A model generated the notes under the pieces. That model did no database searches and was not told the origin of the DNA. It saw only the letters and a program-made list of their open reading frames with translations. A program made the translations under genes and the position numbers. A DNA stretch of 64,000 nt from Phoronis australis (Eukaryota > Animalia > Phoronida). Where the stretch lies: the NCBI GenBank assembly GCA_002633005.1, contig NMRA01000452.1, positions 96,270 to 160,269 on the forward strand. Direction: 5' to 3'. Numbering within the stretch: the first letter of the stretch is position 1; every line of letters begins with the position of its first letter. Below, one piece after another: positions 54,201 through 62,915 of the stretch.

Positions 54201-55367
54201 ATCACTCAGGGTCGTTCTGGCATGAACAAAAGCATTAATTTGATAACAAAATTCACAACACAATTTGCACAAATATTTTTTCTCAAATTACTTATTCAAA
54301 ATTGTTATGGAACGGTTTTAGCCAATCAATATCTTAAAAGGCTATGGGTTTATGTCCAATCATTGCATTTTCAAATCTTACCAAAAAATGCATTATTTCA
54401 CCAATATAATCCTATGACTTTATATACCAGATTTTACGGTTCGTCAGTCAGGAAAAACGGAAAGACAGTGTATTTTGGTAGATTTTTAGAATAGTTTTCC
54501 AGTGAATGATTCGAACATGACAGTTCCAACAACATGTGCAAAACAAGCACAATCTTGTACACTAACCTGAACATCTGTCCAATCACTTTCACTTTCTACC
54601 TCTAGTCTTACATAAGACAATTGCAGAGGTGATCAGTTTACAATGAAGTTTATGTGCAAATCACTTTCAACCTACTTTAGAAGTCGTAACTAACTACCAA
54701 GTTTTGGAGAGAGCTCAGAGAGGCATACATTACAAAACGTTGATCAGAAGAAGTGTGAAAAATTTTAGGTTTCACGACTGTGTTCACACATAAGCTATAT
54801 GGACAATCACTCCAACATGTTTTAATGAATCTTTTTGTCAAATAACGCCTCACTCTGGCTAAGCCATAAGTTTCATTGCTTGTAGTACTTTTTGGGCATG
54901 TATTGCGAGTTTTAGGATATGTAATCATCTCAAAGCAGAATACCAGTTTTTTGAGACAGATTATGCAGACATAAGTCTTCCAAACAGGTCACCAATGCAT
55001 TATAAGCTAGGAAATTATAATACGGTAAAACTAGCATAAGCGAAAGTCATATTTTCAGTAAGCCTTAACTACATTGTAGTATTATACATAGTTTATTGGG
55101 GACGATCACAAGCTGAGGATGCCTGTGACTACGATTAAAGTTTAGCGGTAAGTTTCAGTTTGTGCACTTGGAGTCTTCAGATCCGACCTGATGCGAGTAT
55201 TCCAGTACTAGCTTCAGCACATGATTGCCACGCATTAACAGAACAGGTCCCAGGTCTCTTGCAAAGCTTGGAGAAAGGTGGCGCAAGTGTCAGTGACAGT
55301 GTGCTGTTCCAACTTCCATAACCAATACTTACTCTGTGGGATCAGCAGGGTCATAAAAATCCATCAT
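21151..55367 (-). CDS. SETD2: Histone-lysine N-methyltransferase SETD2/Set2 (H3K36me3), 20 visible coding exons, 3' end in gap
   Basis: N-terminal MMDFYDPADPTE resembles vertebrate MGDFYDPEHPTPE. AWS, SET (KGWGL, EYVGE, RFINHSCDPN, ELTFDY), post-SET (CFCGTDKCRG), EVFRIPKK, LLPTP and WW motifs are present. All exons have GT-AG ends with consistent phases. Confidence 0.97.
21720..23060 (+). repeat. Internally repetitive interspersed element with an array of CCAC(T/C)AG(G/A)NGGC motifs
   Basis: About 250-bp diverged direct repeat (22170-22420 vs 22610-22865); related fragment at about 53195-53345. Confidence 0.7.
23427..23641 (-). CDS. SETD2: SETD2 coding exon 19 (polyQ, WW domain N-half)
   Basis: PPPPSPPRPKEVKLPVNWRMAKDAEGKVYYYHTKTR. 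Confidence 0.95.
24012..24115. repeat. Minisatellite, about 20-bp unit (AAAAATGTTTGTAAGTGTC), 5 copies
   Basis: Directly visible tandem copies. Confidence 0.95.
24714..24917 (-). CDS. SETD2: SETD2 coding exon 18
   Basis: TTTCAG|CAA TCA TAT ... ATT CAG|GTAGGG; 204 nt, phase 0-0. Confidence 0.8.
24938..25339. repeat. Minisatellite, 40-bp unit, about 10 copies
   Basis: AGTCATGAGTGGCAGTACTACAAGTCATATCACAGCTCAT with variants. Confidence 0.95.
25534..25713. repeat. Minisatellite, 59-bp unit, 3 copies
   Basis: ATATTATATGAGTACCATATTACCATAACTATTACCAAGACTTACATACATCGGATACA repeated. Confidence 0.95.
25922..26079 (-). CDS. SETD2: SETD2 coding exon 17
   Basis: CCAG|GT GAT CCA ... TTC CAG|GTAAGT; Q/P-rich open frame. 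Confidence 0.8.
26552..26811 (-). CDS. SETD2: SETD2 coding exon 16
   Basis: KVLLPTPPKMTKQERRQLFEEQV. Confidence 0.9.
28002..28116 (-). CDS. SETD2: SETD2 coding exon 15
   Basis: TTTTAG|AT TTT GAT CGT...CCC AG|GTATGC; open frame, phases fit both neighbours. Confidence 0.82.
28999..29095 (-). CDS. SETD2: SETD2 coding exon 14
   Basis: EVFRIPKKERVEERK...; phase-1 GTTAGT donor chosen to fit the next exon. Confidence 0.82.
29049..31015. repeat. About 0.9-kb near-identical tandem duplication (29049-29900 vs 30063-30960) including part of SETD2 exon 14 and a 42-bp minisatellite
   Basis: Colinear copies with few mismatches, joined at the N at 30062. The 42-bp unit has about 4.5 copies at 29868-30061 and about 2 copies at 30925-31015. 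Confidence 0.9.
31211..31420. mobile_element. MITE with about 24-bp TIRs (Harbinger-like); related fragment at about 50060-50240
   Basis: GGCCCATTCCAAGAAAACTGACTT pairs with AAGTCAATTTCTTGGAACGGGTTCC. Confidence 0.6.
31687..31802 (-). CDS. SETD2: SETD2 coding exon 13
   Basis: ...LNRLASELLEIWSELK|GTGGGT. Confidence 0.9.
32883..33564 (-). CDS. SETD2: SETD2 coding exon 12
   Basis: ILETLKILPITNKTILQDSKVLSVVQKWS...; G|GTAGGT donor. Confidence 0.9.
34205..34315 (-). CDS. SETD2: SETD2 coding exon 11
   Basis: DTKESACLRLFLEYHGLSLIWSWM. Confidence 0.93.
34957..35091 (-). CDS. SETD2: SETD2 coding exon 10
   Basis: LEEEIQEM...GLRNKKDVLQLARLMVRAE...LLRIIQ. Confidence 0.92.
35940..36215 (+). repeat. Interspersed repeat; homologous copy in inverted orientation at about 60780-61070
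   Basis: AACTTCCGGTCAAAGATAGCGGAA...GGCGCATGCGCACCTC and TTCAAAATGGCGGACGTG match the reverse complement of 60787-60965. Confidence 0.7.
36304..36448 (-). CDS. SETD2: SETD2 coding exon 9 (post-SET)
   Basis: EEAQKCFCGTDKCRGFLGG. Confidence 0.95.
37164..37261 (-). CDS. SETD2: SETD2 coding exon 8 (SET)
   Basis: WTVNGQVRVGFFTRKPITKGTELTFDYQFENYG. Confidence 0.97.
37793..37994 (-). CDS. SETD2: SETD2 coding exon 7 (SET)
   Basis: FVMEYVGEV...YYFMAL...RFINHSCDPNCETQK. Confidence 0.97.
39014..39142 (-). CDS. SETD2: SETD2 coding exon 6 (AWS/SET)
   Basis: GARCPCGDYCTNKRFQ...KGWGLQA. Confidence 0.95.
39385..39513 (-). CDS. SETD2: SETD2 coding exon 5 (AWS)
   Basis: KKSRNSKEVRRMLCDC...CGEDCLNRMLMIEC. 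Confidence 0.95.
39689..39802. repeat. Minisatellite, 29-bp unit, about 4 copies
   Basis: GGAGAATGACACRAGAATCACAGGTAAGT. Confidence 0.95.
39910..40078. repeat. Diverged minisatellite, 42-bp unit, about 4 copies
   Basis: CAACAGACCTCATTCGGCGCATACAATGACAGTTTGATAGTA and variants. Confidence 0.85.
40124..40283 (-). CDS. SETD2: SETD2 coding exon 4 (pre-AWS)
   Basis: Encodes PPVFEALEENLFLSNR; phases 1 to 2. Confidence 0.9.
40735..41140 (-). CDS. SETD2: SETD2 coding exon 3
   Basis: CACAG|GAT ... G|GTATGT; encodes DTEDRVRQLQEEK...LKSRWSRACE. Confidence 0.88.
41738..48788 (-). CDS. SETD2: SETD2 giant coding exon 2 (7051 nt; disordered, RS-rich and Q/P-rich)
   Basis: TTTGTAG acceptor, uninterrupted frame (2332-aa ORF track), CAG|GTGAGC donor. 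Confidence 0.93.
42855..43030 (-). repeat. Coding 15-bp repeat, (G/V)Q(M/I/V)(Q/P)(P/Q) pentapeptides in SETD2
   Basis: GQMPQ GQVPQ GQMQP VQMQL GQIQP... Confidence 0.9.
44395..44742 (-). repeat. Coding 39-bp tandem repeat, SDVHVDDGMSKKP about 9 times, in SETD2
   Basis: Visible at DNA and protein level; one shortened unit keeps the frame. Confidence 0.95.
55333..55367 (-). CDS. SETD2: SETD2 coding exon 1 (whole exon 55333-55428)
   Basis: TTTTCAG acceptor, ATG ATG GAT TTT TAT GAC CCT..., GA|GTAAGT phase-2 donor, in-frame stop upstream of the ATG. Confidence 0.85.
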
Positions 55368-56691
55368 GAAGTTGCTTGATCGCGTTCGTTACATCGCTCT
55401 AGCCAAGATGATAATGTTCCATTTAAGTCTGAAAATGTAAAGAACACCATTATCTCAATCAGATTTGCTAACGTCTCGACGTGATGTTGCACTCGATTTC
55501 ACTAAATATGACTTTTACTACTGTCAATGTCAGATTGTCATCTTCCAGAAGTTTGGAATGCCATTTCCTGCCCAGCGTGTTGTAAGAGGGAAAGAAGTAA
55601 AGAAAGTCCATTTAATTTACCCTCAAAATCACACAGCTGAGTAAATACCTGTCCTTCTGCGTACACGCGATCACTGGCGTACCCAAGAAGCCCGCGTGTG
55701 GGGTTAAAGGGAACAATTTATTTACCCACGCCAATCAACAAAGCTCTTGCTCGACAGCGCTTTATTTGACCTCGTTTCTGATTAATCCGGGAACTTGACA
55801 ATGATTAGCATTTAACGAGAAGTTTTTTAAATACTTTTTAAGAAGCCCTGAATCATTATAATGGGCTAATAATGACAATTTTTCCATCTAATAATAATTC
55901 AAAAATAAAATGAGTTAATTTAAATTCTGACCCAACTTGTTGAAAATAGGTCATAGCAAATATTGCGTTGTGACGAGTTTTAGGGTTCTAGACCTTCGTA
56001 AATATCGGAAAACATCTGAAAAACCTGTATTCGGATACACTTAGTTTTGACTTCATCTGAACAAGGAAACTTTTGCTTAACATATGTCCGGTATTCAAAA
56101 CCTTACTACCTTTGGTAAGTATGATTATTGACTTTTTTCAACGTAAGAATTGGCTTTGCCCTTACGTTTTTCCTTTTTAACTACGACTTCCGGAAACCCA
56201 TTTCCTGACTGGAATATCGCACTTTGTCATTTGTCTTAACTGGGTAGGCCCTAATTTAGGGCATTCAGTCCTTTGATTTTGGGGTACAATATCTGCAATA
56301 ATTCTCTCCGGATTTACCACCCTCCAAAAAATATTGAAAAATCACGCAAAATTCCCCTCACGAGGCCTCAAAAATACCCTGAAAGGCTGAGAGATTGAAA
56401 AATTCCCTTCGAATCAATGACATGTAACTCACACAGTCACAGGCACAGCGGTGATAGATAGTAGAGACTGTGAAGCTCCTATACTATAGGTGCTTCATAG
56501 GCCGGAAGATTTTTCAATGAATTATATATGCTAAAACGTCAATGTTACATTGTTATAAATACCTTTTGGCGCTTTAGAGTAGACGGACACCTTAGCCGTC
56601 AATGTATTTAATTCCTTCTAACTCGAACAAATACTCTAGTTATCAAAACTTTTTCTTCAAGCAGTCCCTTGTTCAGTTCCCAAAATCTTTA

Positions 56692-56890
56692 ACTCACCAT
56701 TTTTAACACTGTGCGCACCAGGGGATATGACATCATACCACCTGCTGTCCAGAGATTTTTCTTGTGTTGCCGATCATGGATGACAGGACGTAGCACAGAT
56801 TTGTACTTATCCTGCCGTTAATCCGGACTCCACAGAACTTAAAATCCTAGTGACGTTATTTGGAAGCTTAAGGAGGATTTCAGGTAATTT
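56692..56890. promoter_or_regulatory. Candidate compact bidirectional promoter with first exons of SETD2 (-) and eIF1 (+)
   Basis: Minus-strand donor ATG|GTGAGT at 56698/56697 and plus-strand donor CAG|GTAATT at 56883/56884 face away from each other, 185 bp apart, between the two divergent genes. Confidence 0.5.
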
Positions 56891-56940
56891 GCTCGAGTCG
56901 AAACTGTATTTTATTCAAGCATTCAGGTCGCCATATGGAC

Positions 56941-57428
56941 CAGGGCTTGGAATTTTCCGCGGAAACGAGGATTTCCGCTTTTTTCAAATGTTCTGTCTGC
57001 GCATTTTATTATATTTCCGCATAAAAAATTGGATTTGATATAAAAATTCCGCGGCAAATTCCTTTCTTACCGCGGCGTTGCAGATGACGTTCACCTCGAA
57101 AAGCGGAAGTTGCTCTTTATGTCCCGGAGGAACATAAATTGTCAACATTGCCAGGGCATCTGGGATAGCGTGGTGGAATTTTCAATGGCGTCTCTTGTTA
57201 TTGTAAACCGCGGCGACAAATACTATGGCTCTGCAGCCAAAAATGTGTGGGTTGGGAGTGGACGGATGACCTAAAAGGACGCAGACGCATGCTTCTGATG
57301 GTGGTAACTTTTTTTATTTTTAGTCCTCCCGATTTTTGTCGGGAAAGGTTCACATCGACCATTTCAAGGCTGGGTAGCGCGCATGATTTGGACCGTAAAA
57401 GTTTCCGCGTTGGTCATTCCAAGCCCTG
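56941..57428. mobile_element. hAT-like MITE with 13-bp TIR and 6-bp TSD
   Basis: CAGGGCTTGGAAT...ATTCCAAGCCCTG flanked by ATGGAC at 56935-56940 and 57429-57434. Confidence 0.8.
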
Positions 57429-58493
57429 ATGGACGATTGCGAGGCAGTCAGTCAGCAAGTTTTCTCCCTGGGATTTCAGCATAATTTTCTGTAAAAGTAT
57501 CACAATTTAACAGCAAAGTTTGATAGCAATGCACTACAATTTTATAGTAAGTCTGTTACAGCTACGTCACAGAGCTTAAATATGATGAATCTTAGCTTCC
57601 GATTTCACTCGTTTCGGAGACCGGGTTTCAACCGCTTTGGGTTACAATAAGCGCCATGAGTGGTTATTAGGGCGAATATATGTTAGTTGGTTGTTGTAAA
57701 GTGAGCTCCCAAAGGTCGTGAGTTACGGCCACGAGCCTTGTCTGGTACTAGGGTTGCTGCTTTTAGTTGATGTAACATGGGCGTTGATGTACTTTAGGCC
57801 ACAAGAATTGGCGAGGACGTATCAACGGTGAATGTTTTGGATCACATAAAGAAAATTTGGAGGTACCACTAGTATTTATTGTTGCCTATGTCAACAAATG
57901 TAACTGGTGAACGTAAGCTGCAGATACAGTGAGCACGTTGCATCCTGATAGCCTTGACTTCAGTGGATACCAGTTGTTCACTTTTCTCTGTATAATGTCA
58001 AGCGTCTGCTAAAGGTGCCTGTGTTTGCGTAGTGGGTAATTGGTCGTTACAAGACATCGGCCAATCAATTTGTATGCCTTGAACTAACACGACAGCACTG
58101 CCCATTGTTCTCCACGCCCTGTTTTGACTCGACGGGTTAACGAATTTGGATTTTGCCGCGTCTAGTTTGGAAAAAGTGCGTCAAGTTTAAAAATTGACGC
58201 TCCAGGTTTAAAACCTTGGCTGGCTTGGTACTCAGCGTCAACGGTAATCAGAGCCTGATTTTACCAACAGTAAACATGGTTCACTTTACTAAGAGGCAGT
58301 TAAAGGAGAATGCCACCCAATTTAATTAGTCTTTTTTACCGTCTATATCCACATCGCCACTTATACAGTCGACCCTACCTTGGAGAGAGGTGTCGCGTTA
58401 ACCTGTGAGGAAGGTGTGAAATGAGGCAGCGACGTCAGTGATTTGTCTGCACAGTGAATGCTGCTATGTTGCGGTGCATCGTTCCCACTTGTC

Positions 58494-59161
58494 CAGGGCT
58501 CAACATTAACTTTTTAAGCCAGTAGTTGAAATTTTTAGTTGCCCGAACAACAAATTCACTTGCCCCAAGTACAATCTTAAATAGCACCGTGCATGTGCAC
58601 ACCTAGGCAATGTGTTACCGTAGGGCTGCCTGTGCTGAGCCTCGTCTTGTGTCGTACATGCTATTTTCCAGAGTTGCTATTTTTTTAACGATTCTTCTTA
58701 TAGAACATCTATTTATAAGGTGTGTCAAAACACTACAGAGACAAATTAGAAGAGTAACTATGGTATTTGAACCATTGTCTCCTGTTCACAGGCACCGAAA
58801 TGAGCTAGGACATGAACTCTAGACACTTCTGTGTATTCATTAGTTTATACAGCCTCATGCATTAGGCCTAAACTTGAGTTGTTGTTTAACCTGAATTTGA
58901 ATTTTTGCTATCCATGAAAATCTTGCACAGTTCTGGTCATCGGTACCTTGTATTAAATGTTCTATAAGAAGAATCGTTAAAAAATAGCAACTCTGGAAAA
59001 TAGCATGCACGACACAAGAGGTGGCTCAGCACAGGCAGCCCTACAGTAACACATTACCTAGGTGTGCACATGCACGGTGCTATTTGGGATTGTACTTGGG
59101 GCAATTGAATTAATTGTTCGGGCAAGTGGAAATTTCAACTACTTGTTAATGTTGAGCCCTG
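58494..59161. mobile_element. Foldback/MITE with about 210-bp TIRs in an eIF1 intron
   Basis: 58494-58708 is the imperfect reverse complement of 58957-59161; termini CAGGGCTCAACATTAAC and GTTAATGTTGAGCCCTG; no clean TSD. Confidence 0.9.
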
Positions 59162-59211
59162 CCACTGAGACCGAGCGTTTTCGTTTCTCACTCCCGACTG
59201 ACTTGTTGTAG

Positions 59212-59369
59212 ATCCCTTTGCGGATGCCTCAGGACATGATGAGGGCTCAACCAGTCAGAACCTCATACACATCCGTGTCCAGCAACGGAATGGTCGTAAG
59301 ACGCTAACGACAGTGCAAGGCATACCTACGAAGTTCGACTTGAAGAAAATTGTGAGACAATGTAAAAAG
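59212..59369 (+). CDS. EIF1: eIF1 coding exon 2
   Basis: TGTAG|AT CCC TTT GCG GAT ... TGT AAA AAG|GTATGT. Confidence 0.93.
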
Positions 59370-62278
59370 GTATGTTCGTGCACTCTAGCTGTCACTGTCA
59401 TTCTACCGAGGGTGTTGCATACGTTTACCAAGAGTTGTTTGCTTTGCCTGATCCCTTACACGTATTGCGTGTATTCACTTCACTTAACTGCTGCTCATTA
59501 TAGTCTGTCGTAGAAAAAGATGTTCTGAAGCAGGTAATGAAGCAAGCGCAGCTTCTAATTTACCTATTTTAAGAGGATTTCCTCTTTTTTTATTTCAATT
59601 TCCTTTTACACGATTTCAAGCTCTGTCTTTTTTCATCTGGTTTGTCTCATTATGTTGATTTCATTTATGCAAAAACGTTAATTTCAGTTAATTTTTTCAA
59701 CACAAAAATATTTCTATCACACAATCCTATTAATTTGGGGAACAATACATCACCTGCAAAATTCTCCTTTCTTTGTCATCGGTCATTCCAAGCCCTTGAA
59801 ACACATGAACACTGTCTGGTCAATCATGACCACAGCCTACGCACAGTCTTCACCCACCTGAGGGAGAAAGGCACCTGTGTGTGCAAGGTAATTTTTTTCA
59901 AGACTGGGAAAATCGGTGTCTCTGGTATCACAAAATTAAACGATATGTCTAAATCGTAAAGCATTTTATTTACTGATCTGCTGAAACTTCATTTATTTTA
60001 TGAAAAAAGCTGCAATTTGCTGATAATTTTGTGACCAATCAATTCATTCTGGAGGCCGACCTCTTGTGACTGCACTAGGTTGTGTCGGCAGTGTGGTTGA
60101 TCCACAGTCAATTTGAAACATCAACGGTTCCTCTACAGGGATTGATTATGACTGTTCACTTCAATCTAAAATCCAATCTATAGTTCCAGCTGAAAAGTGC
60201 CCCAGTAGGGTCTATGCTGGTGTCTCACAAACAAAGAAAACTAGTCAGCGAAACTAAGCCAGCTGTTCTAATTCTAGTTCATTCAATTGCTTTCTTATAT
60301 TCGCCTCTTGACGTGAGCTTGGCACGTAGCTTGGTGACTCTTTATGTGTAGAATGCGCAAGCACCTCCTAGCGAAAAATGAAAGACTTCTTCTGAAAGCC
60401 CATTCCAAACTCTATCTAAATTGACAATTTCGCAACATTCCATAATTTTTTCGAAAAAATTGAAATTTTGCGGGTTTTTTTTTAATTCAAAGTCAAATAA
60501 CTCGAAAACGGTAAGTCTGAGAAAAACATCACAGAACTTTTGAAAGAGCATACTTCAAGGAATCCACATGCAAAAATTCATGTCATTTGCTCTTCCCATT
60601 AAAAATGCGACCGTAGAACTATTGAAAACGGGTGAAAATGCACCAGAGCCGCCATCTTGAAAGTGACTCCCGGTTAAACAAAATTTTATAAAAGCCAATT
60701 AATAGCAACAAACACGTGACCAGTTTGAAAATGATTGGTTTGCCAATGCGCCCTCTACAGGAAAAAATGTTTTCGGCCAGATATCGAGGTGCGCATGCGC
60801 CACTTCCAATAGTTCCGCCATCTTTGACCGGAAGTCAACGATTTTCGGCACAGTTGTAGCACATGTGTTCTATAATAATCGTACCACGTTTCAGCCCTGT
60901 ACGTTGAAAATTGCGGCCTCTATGAGTATTTGAATGTGAAATCGGAAACACGTCCGCCATTTTGAATCCGATCGTGACCAAAAACAATAGGCTTCCAGGA
61001 CTACACGTCGTGTGCAAATTTCGTGAAAATCGGATGAAAATTGCAACCTGTAGAGTGGGAATGAACAAAAAAAATTGATCTCAGACCAACATACTTGGCG
61101 AAATTTATTTTGGCGAAATTTATTTCGCCAAGTAATTACCTGCTGTCGGGCTACTGTTATTGTCAAGTCCTGTCCTTGTTGGCCAGTTTAGTCTAATCAT
61201 ATTACATTATGCTAGTATACACCCCTACAAGCATGTTGTCGCACGCACATTTCATTCCTTAGCATTTCCCTTACTCTTCAGTAAAATGTACTAGTCTTTT
61301 GGTGAGCTACTGTTTTTGTTTAATTCCCTGGCAGAGCCGTACATATTTGCACTTAAAAATACACTTTTAACCTTTATTTGTTCCTACTTACAAGCTATGT
61401 GTGTGAAATTTGTTCATTTGCTCTTTCACTGCCAAGAGCACCTTTCGGCACGTTCACTGCCCAATACATCGATTGGCCAGTTCCTATGTTTGACTTGGTT
61501 GGTCCTAAATTCCATGGAAGTAAACTACATTTTGACAACACTGGCTGACGACAGGGTGACAGTGTTGCTAAAGGCCAAACAAAATGCAGTTTTTACTGCT
61601 ATTGGTGCTTTGGCCTCTAAACTATCAATTATTGAGGTTTAATTGACTCAATTTTAAAAGGATTCTGATTCAAGATTCGAGTTTGAAATGTCAGACATGA
61701 GGTGAGGTGTACTGCGGCCAGTGGAGTGTGTATTTCTGCCCAAAATCTGCATTAAACTTTGATGGTGTTTTTCATCTGAAATCCGTAATACTCTCCAAGG
61801 CAAACTATTCAAACGTGTGATGTCATCGTTTTAAAATACTTTAAAACTGTGTTCGTGTTATCCTGAAAGTTTTGCAAGGGTCGATCAACAAATAATTTTT
61901 AGCGTTTTTAGCGTTTTCAATGGGTTGCAACCTACGTTCTATGTATCCTCAAAATTTATTTGGCACTGAGTTATTCAGTTCTAAAAATTGCCAGTGAGAG
62001 TTGATGTTTCAATCAGTATGTTATTTCCCCCTTTTCACCAACCTGGTAATGCCTTTACGACTTCCACTCCCATCATGCCCTGTACTCTGTCTCTCCCTTT
62101 AGGACTTCCACTCCCATCATGCCCTGTACTCTGTCTCTCCCTTTAGGACTTCAACTGCAATGGTACTGTGGTAGAGCATGTTGAGTACGGCGAGGTCATA
62201 CAGCTGCAAGGTGACTGGAGGCTGAAAACAAGGGACTTTCTGATTGAGCACGAGCTCGCCAGTGTAGATAACGTCAAG
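59212..62278 (+). CDS. EIF1: Eukaryotic translation initiation factor 1 (SUI1 family), divergent; internal exons 59212-59369 and 62147-62278
   Basis: DPFADAS...LIHIRVQQRNGRKTLTTVQGIPTKFDLKKIVRQCKK | DFNCNGTVVEHVEYGEVIQLQGDWRLKTRDFLIEHELASVDNVK. Intron positions fit the four-exon metazoan eIF1 structure. The terminal VHGF exon was not found in the window. Confidence 0.93.
62059..62146 (+). repeat. Perfect 44-bp tandem duplication of the eIF1 exon 3 splice acceptor
   Basis: GACTTCCACTCCCATCATGCCCTGTACTCTGTCTCTCCCTTTAG occurs twice. Confidence 0.95.
62147..62278 (+). CDS. EIF1: eIF1 coding exon 3
   Basis: CCCTTTAG|GAC TTC AAC TGC AAT GGT ... GTC AAG|GTTAGT. Confidence 0.93.
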
Positions 62279-62915
62279 GTTAGTGCACCTGCTTGCTGCC
62301 GAACCCTTCTGAAACTCGGTCCATTCATGACAGAAAAGCCATAAAATGACTGGGCTCTTCCATGAAAATCATGAACTGTGAAGATTGCATTTAGTAACGA
62401 GAAGAAACTCCACTGCTTGTTTAGAGCGCAAATCCTGTCTTGGACTAGGATTTGAGTCCGACAGCTTGAAACTCAAAACTAGGCCACCTTTGGAACAAAA
62501 TGATATCAACCCTCTTTTTCTGTTGACATGAAGAACATCCATTTTTAAATATAAAAATCAGACAACTATGCTCCCAGTATGATAGCATTAAGGCGTGGTT
62601 TTTGCTTTCAATTTGGCAGGAAGTGGAGAGGCTGGGCAACTTAAAGCATCTAAGTCATGGCTTTGTGTTATTGTAGACTGTTTTTACTGTGTGTGATTAA
62701 ATTCATAGACGTTAATCACCTTGAAAGTTTTGAGTTTACAGTACCTGGTTCTGTAAGCCGCAGCAGGTTCAGTGCTGCTGCTGGGATCAGTGTGCAAGGA
62801 ATACGTACTCTACATCACACTAAAACATTTCTGAGAGGATTCTTATTGGCAATGGTATCCATGAGTAACTAAAAACGGTCATTTCTCCATCTCCGTTAAC
62901 ACTGTATCGTGTTAA

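Noticed and set aside
57529-57552. ATG CAC TAC AAT TTT ATA|GTAAGT as eIF1 exon 1
   Set aside because: Phase 0, so out of frame with exon 2, which needs phase 1.
62652-62666. AGT CAT GGC TTT as the terminal eIF1 (V)HGF exon
   Set aside because: No in-phase AG acceptor and no stop after F; the real exon is probably beyond the window.
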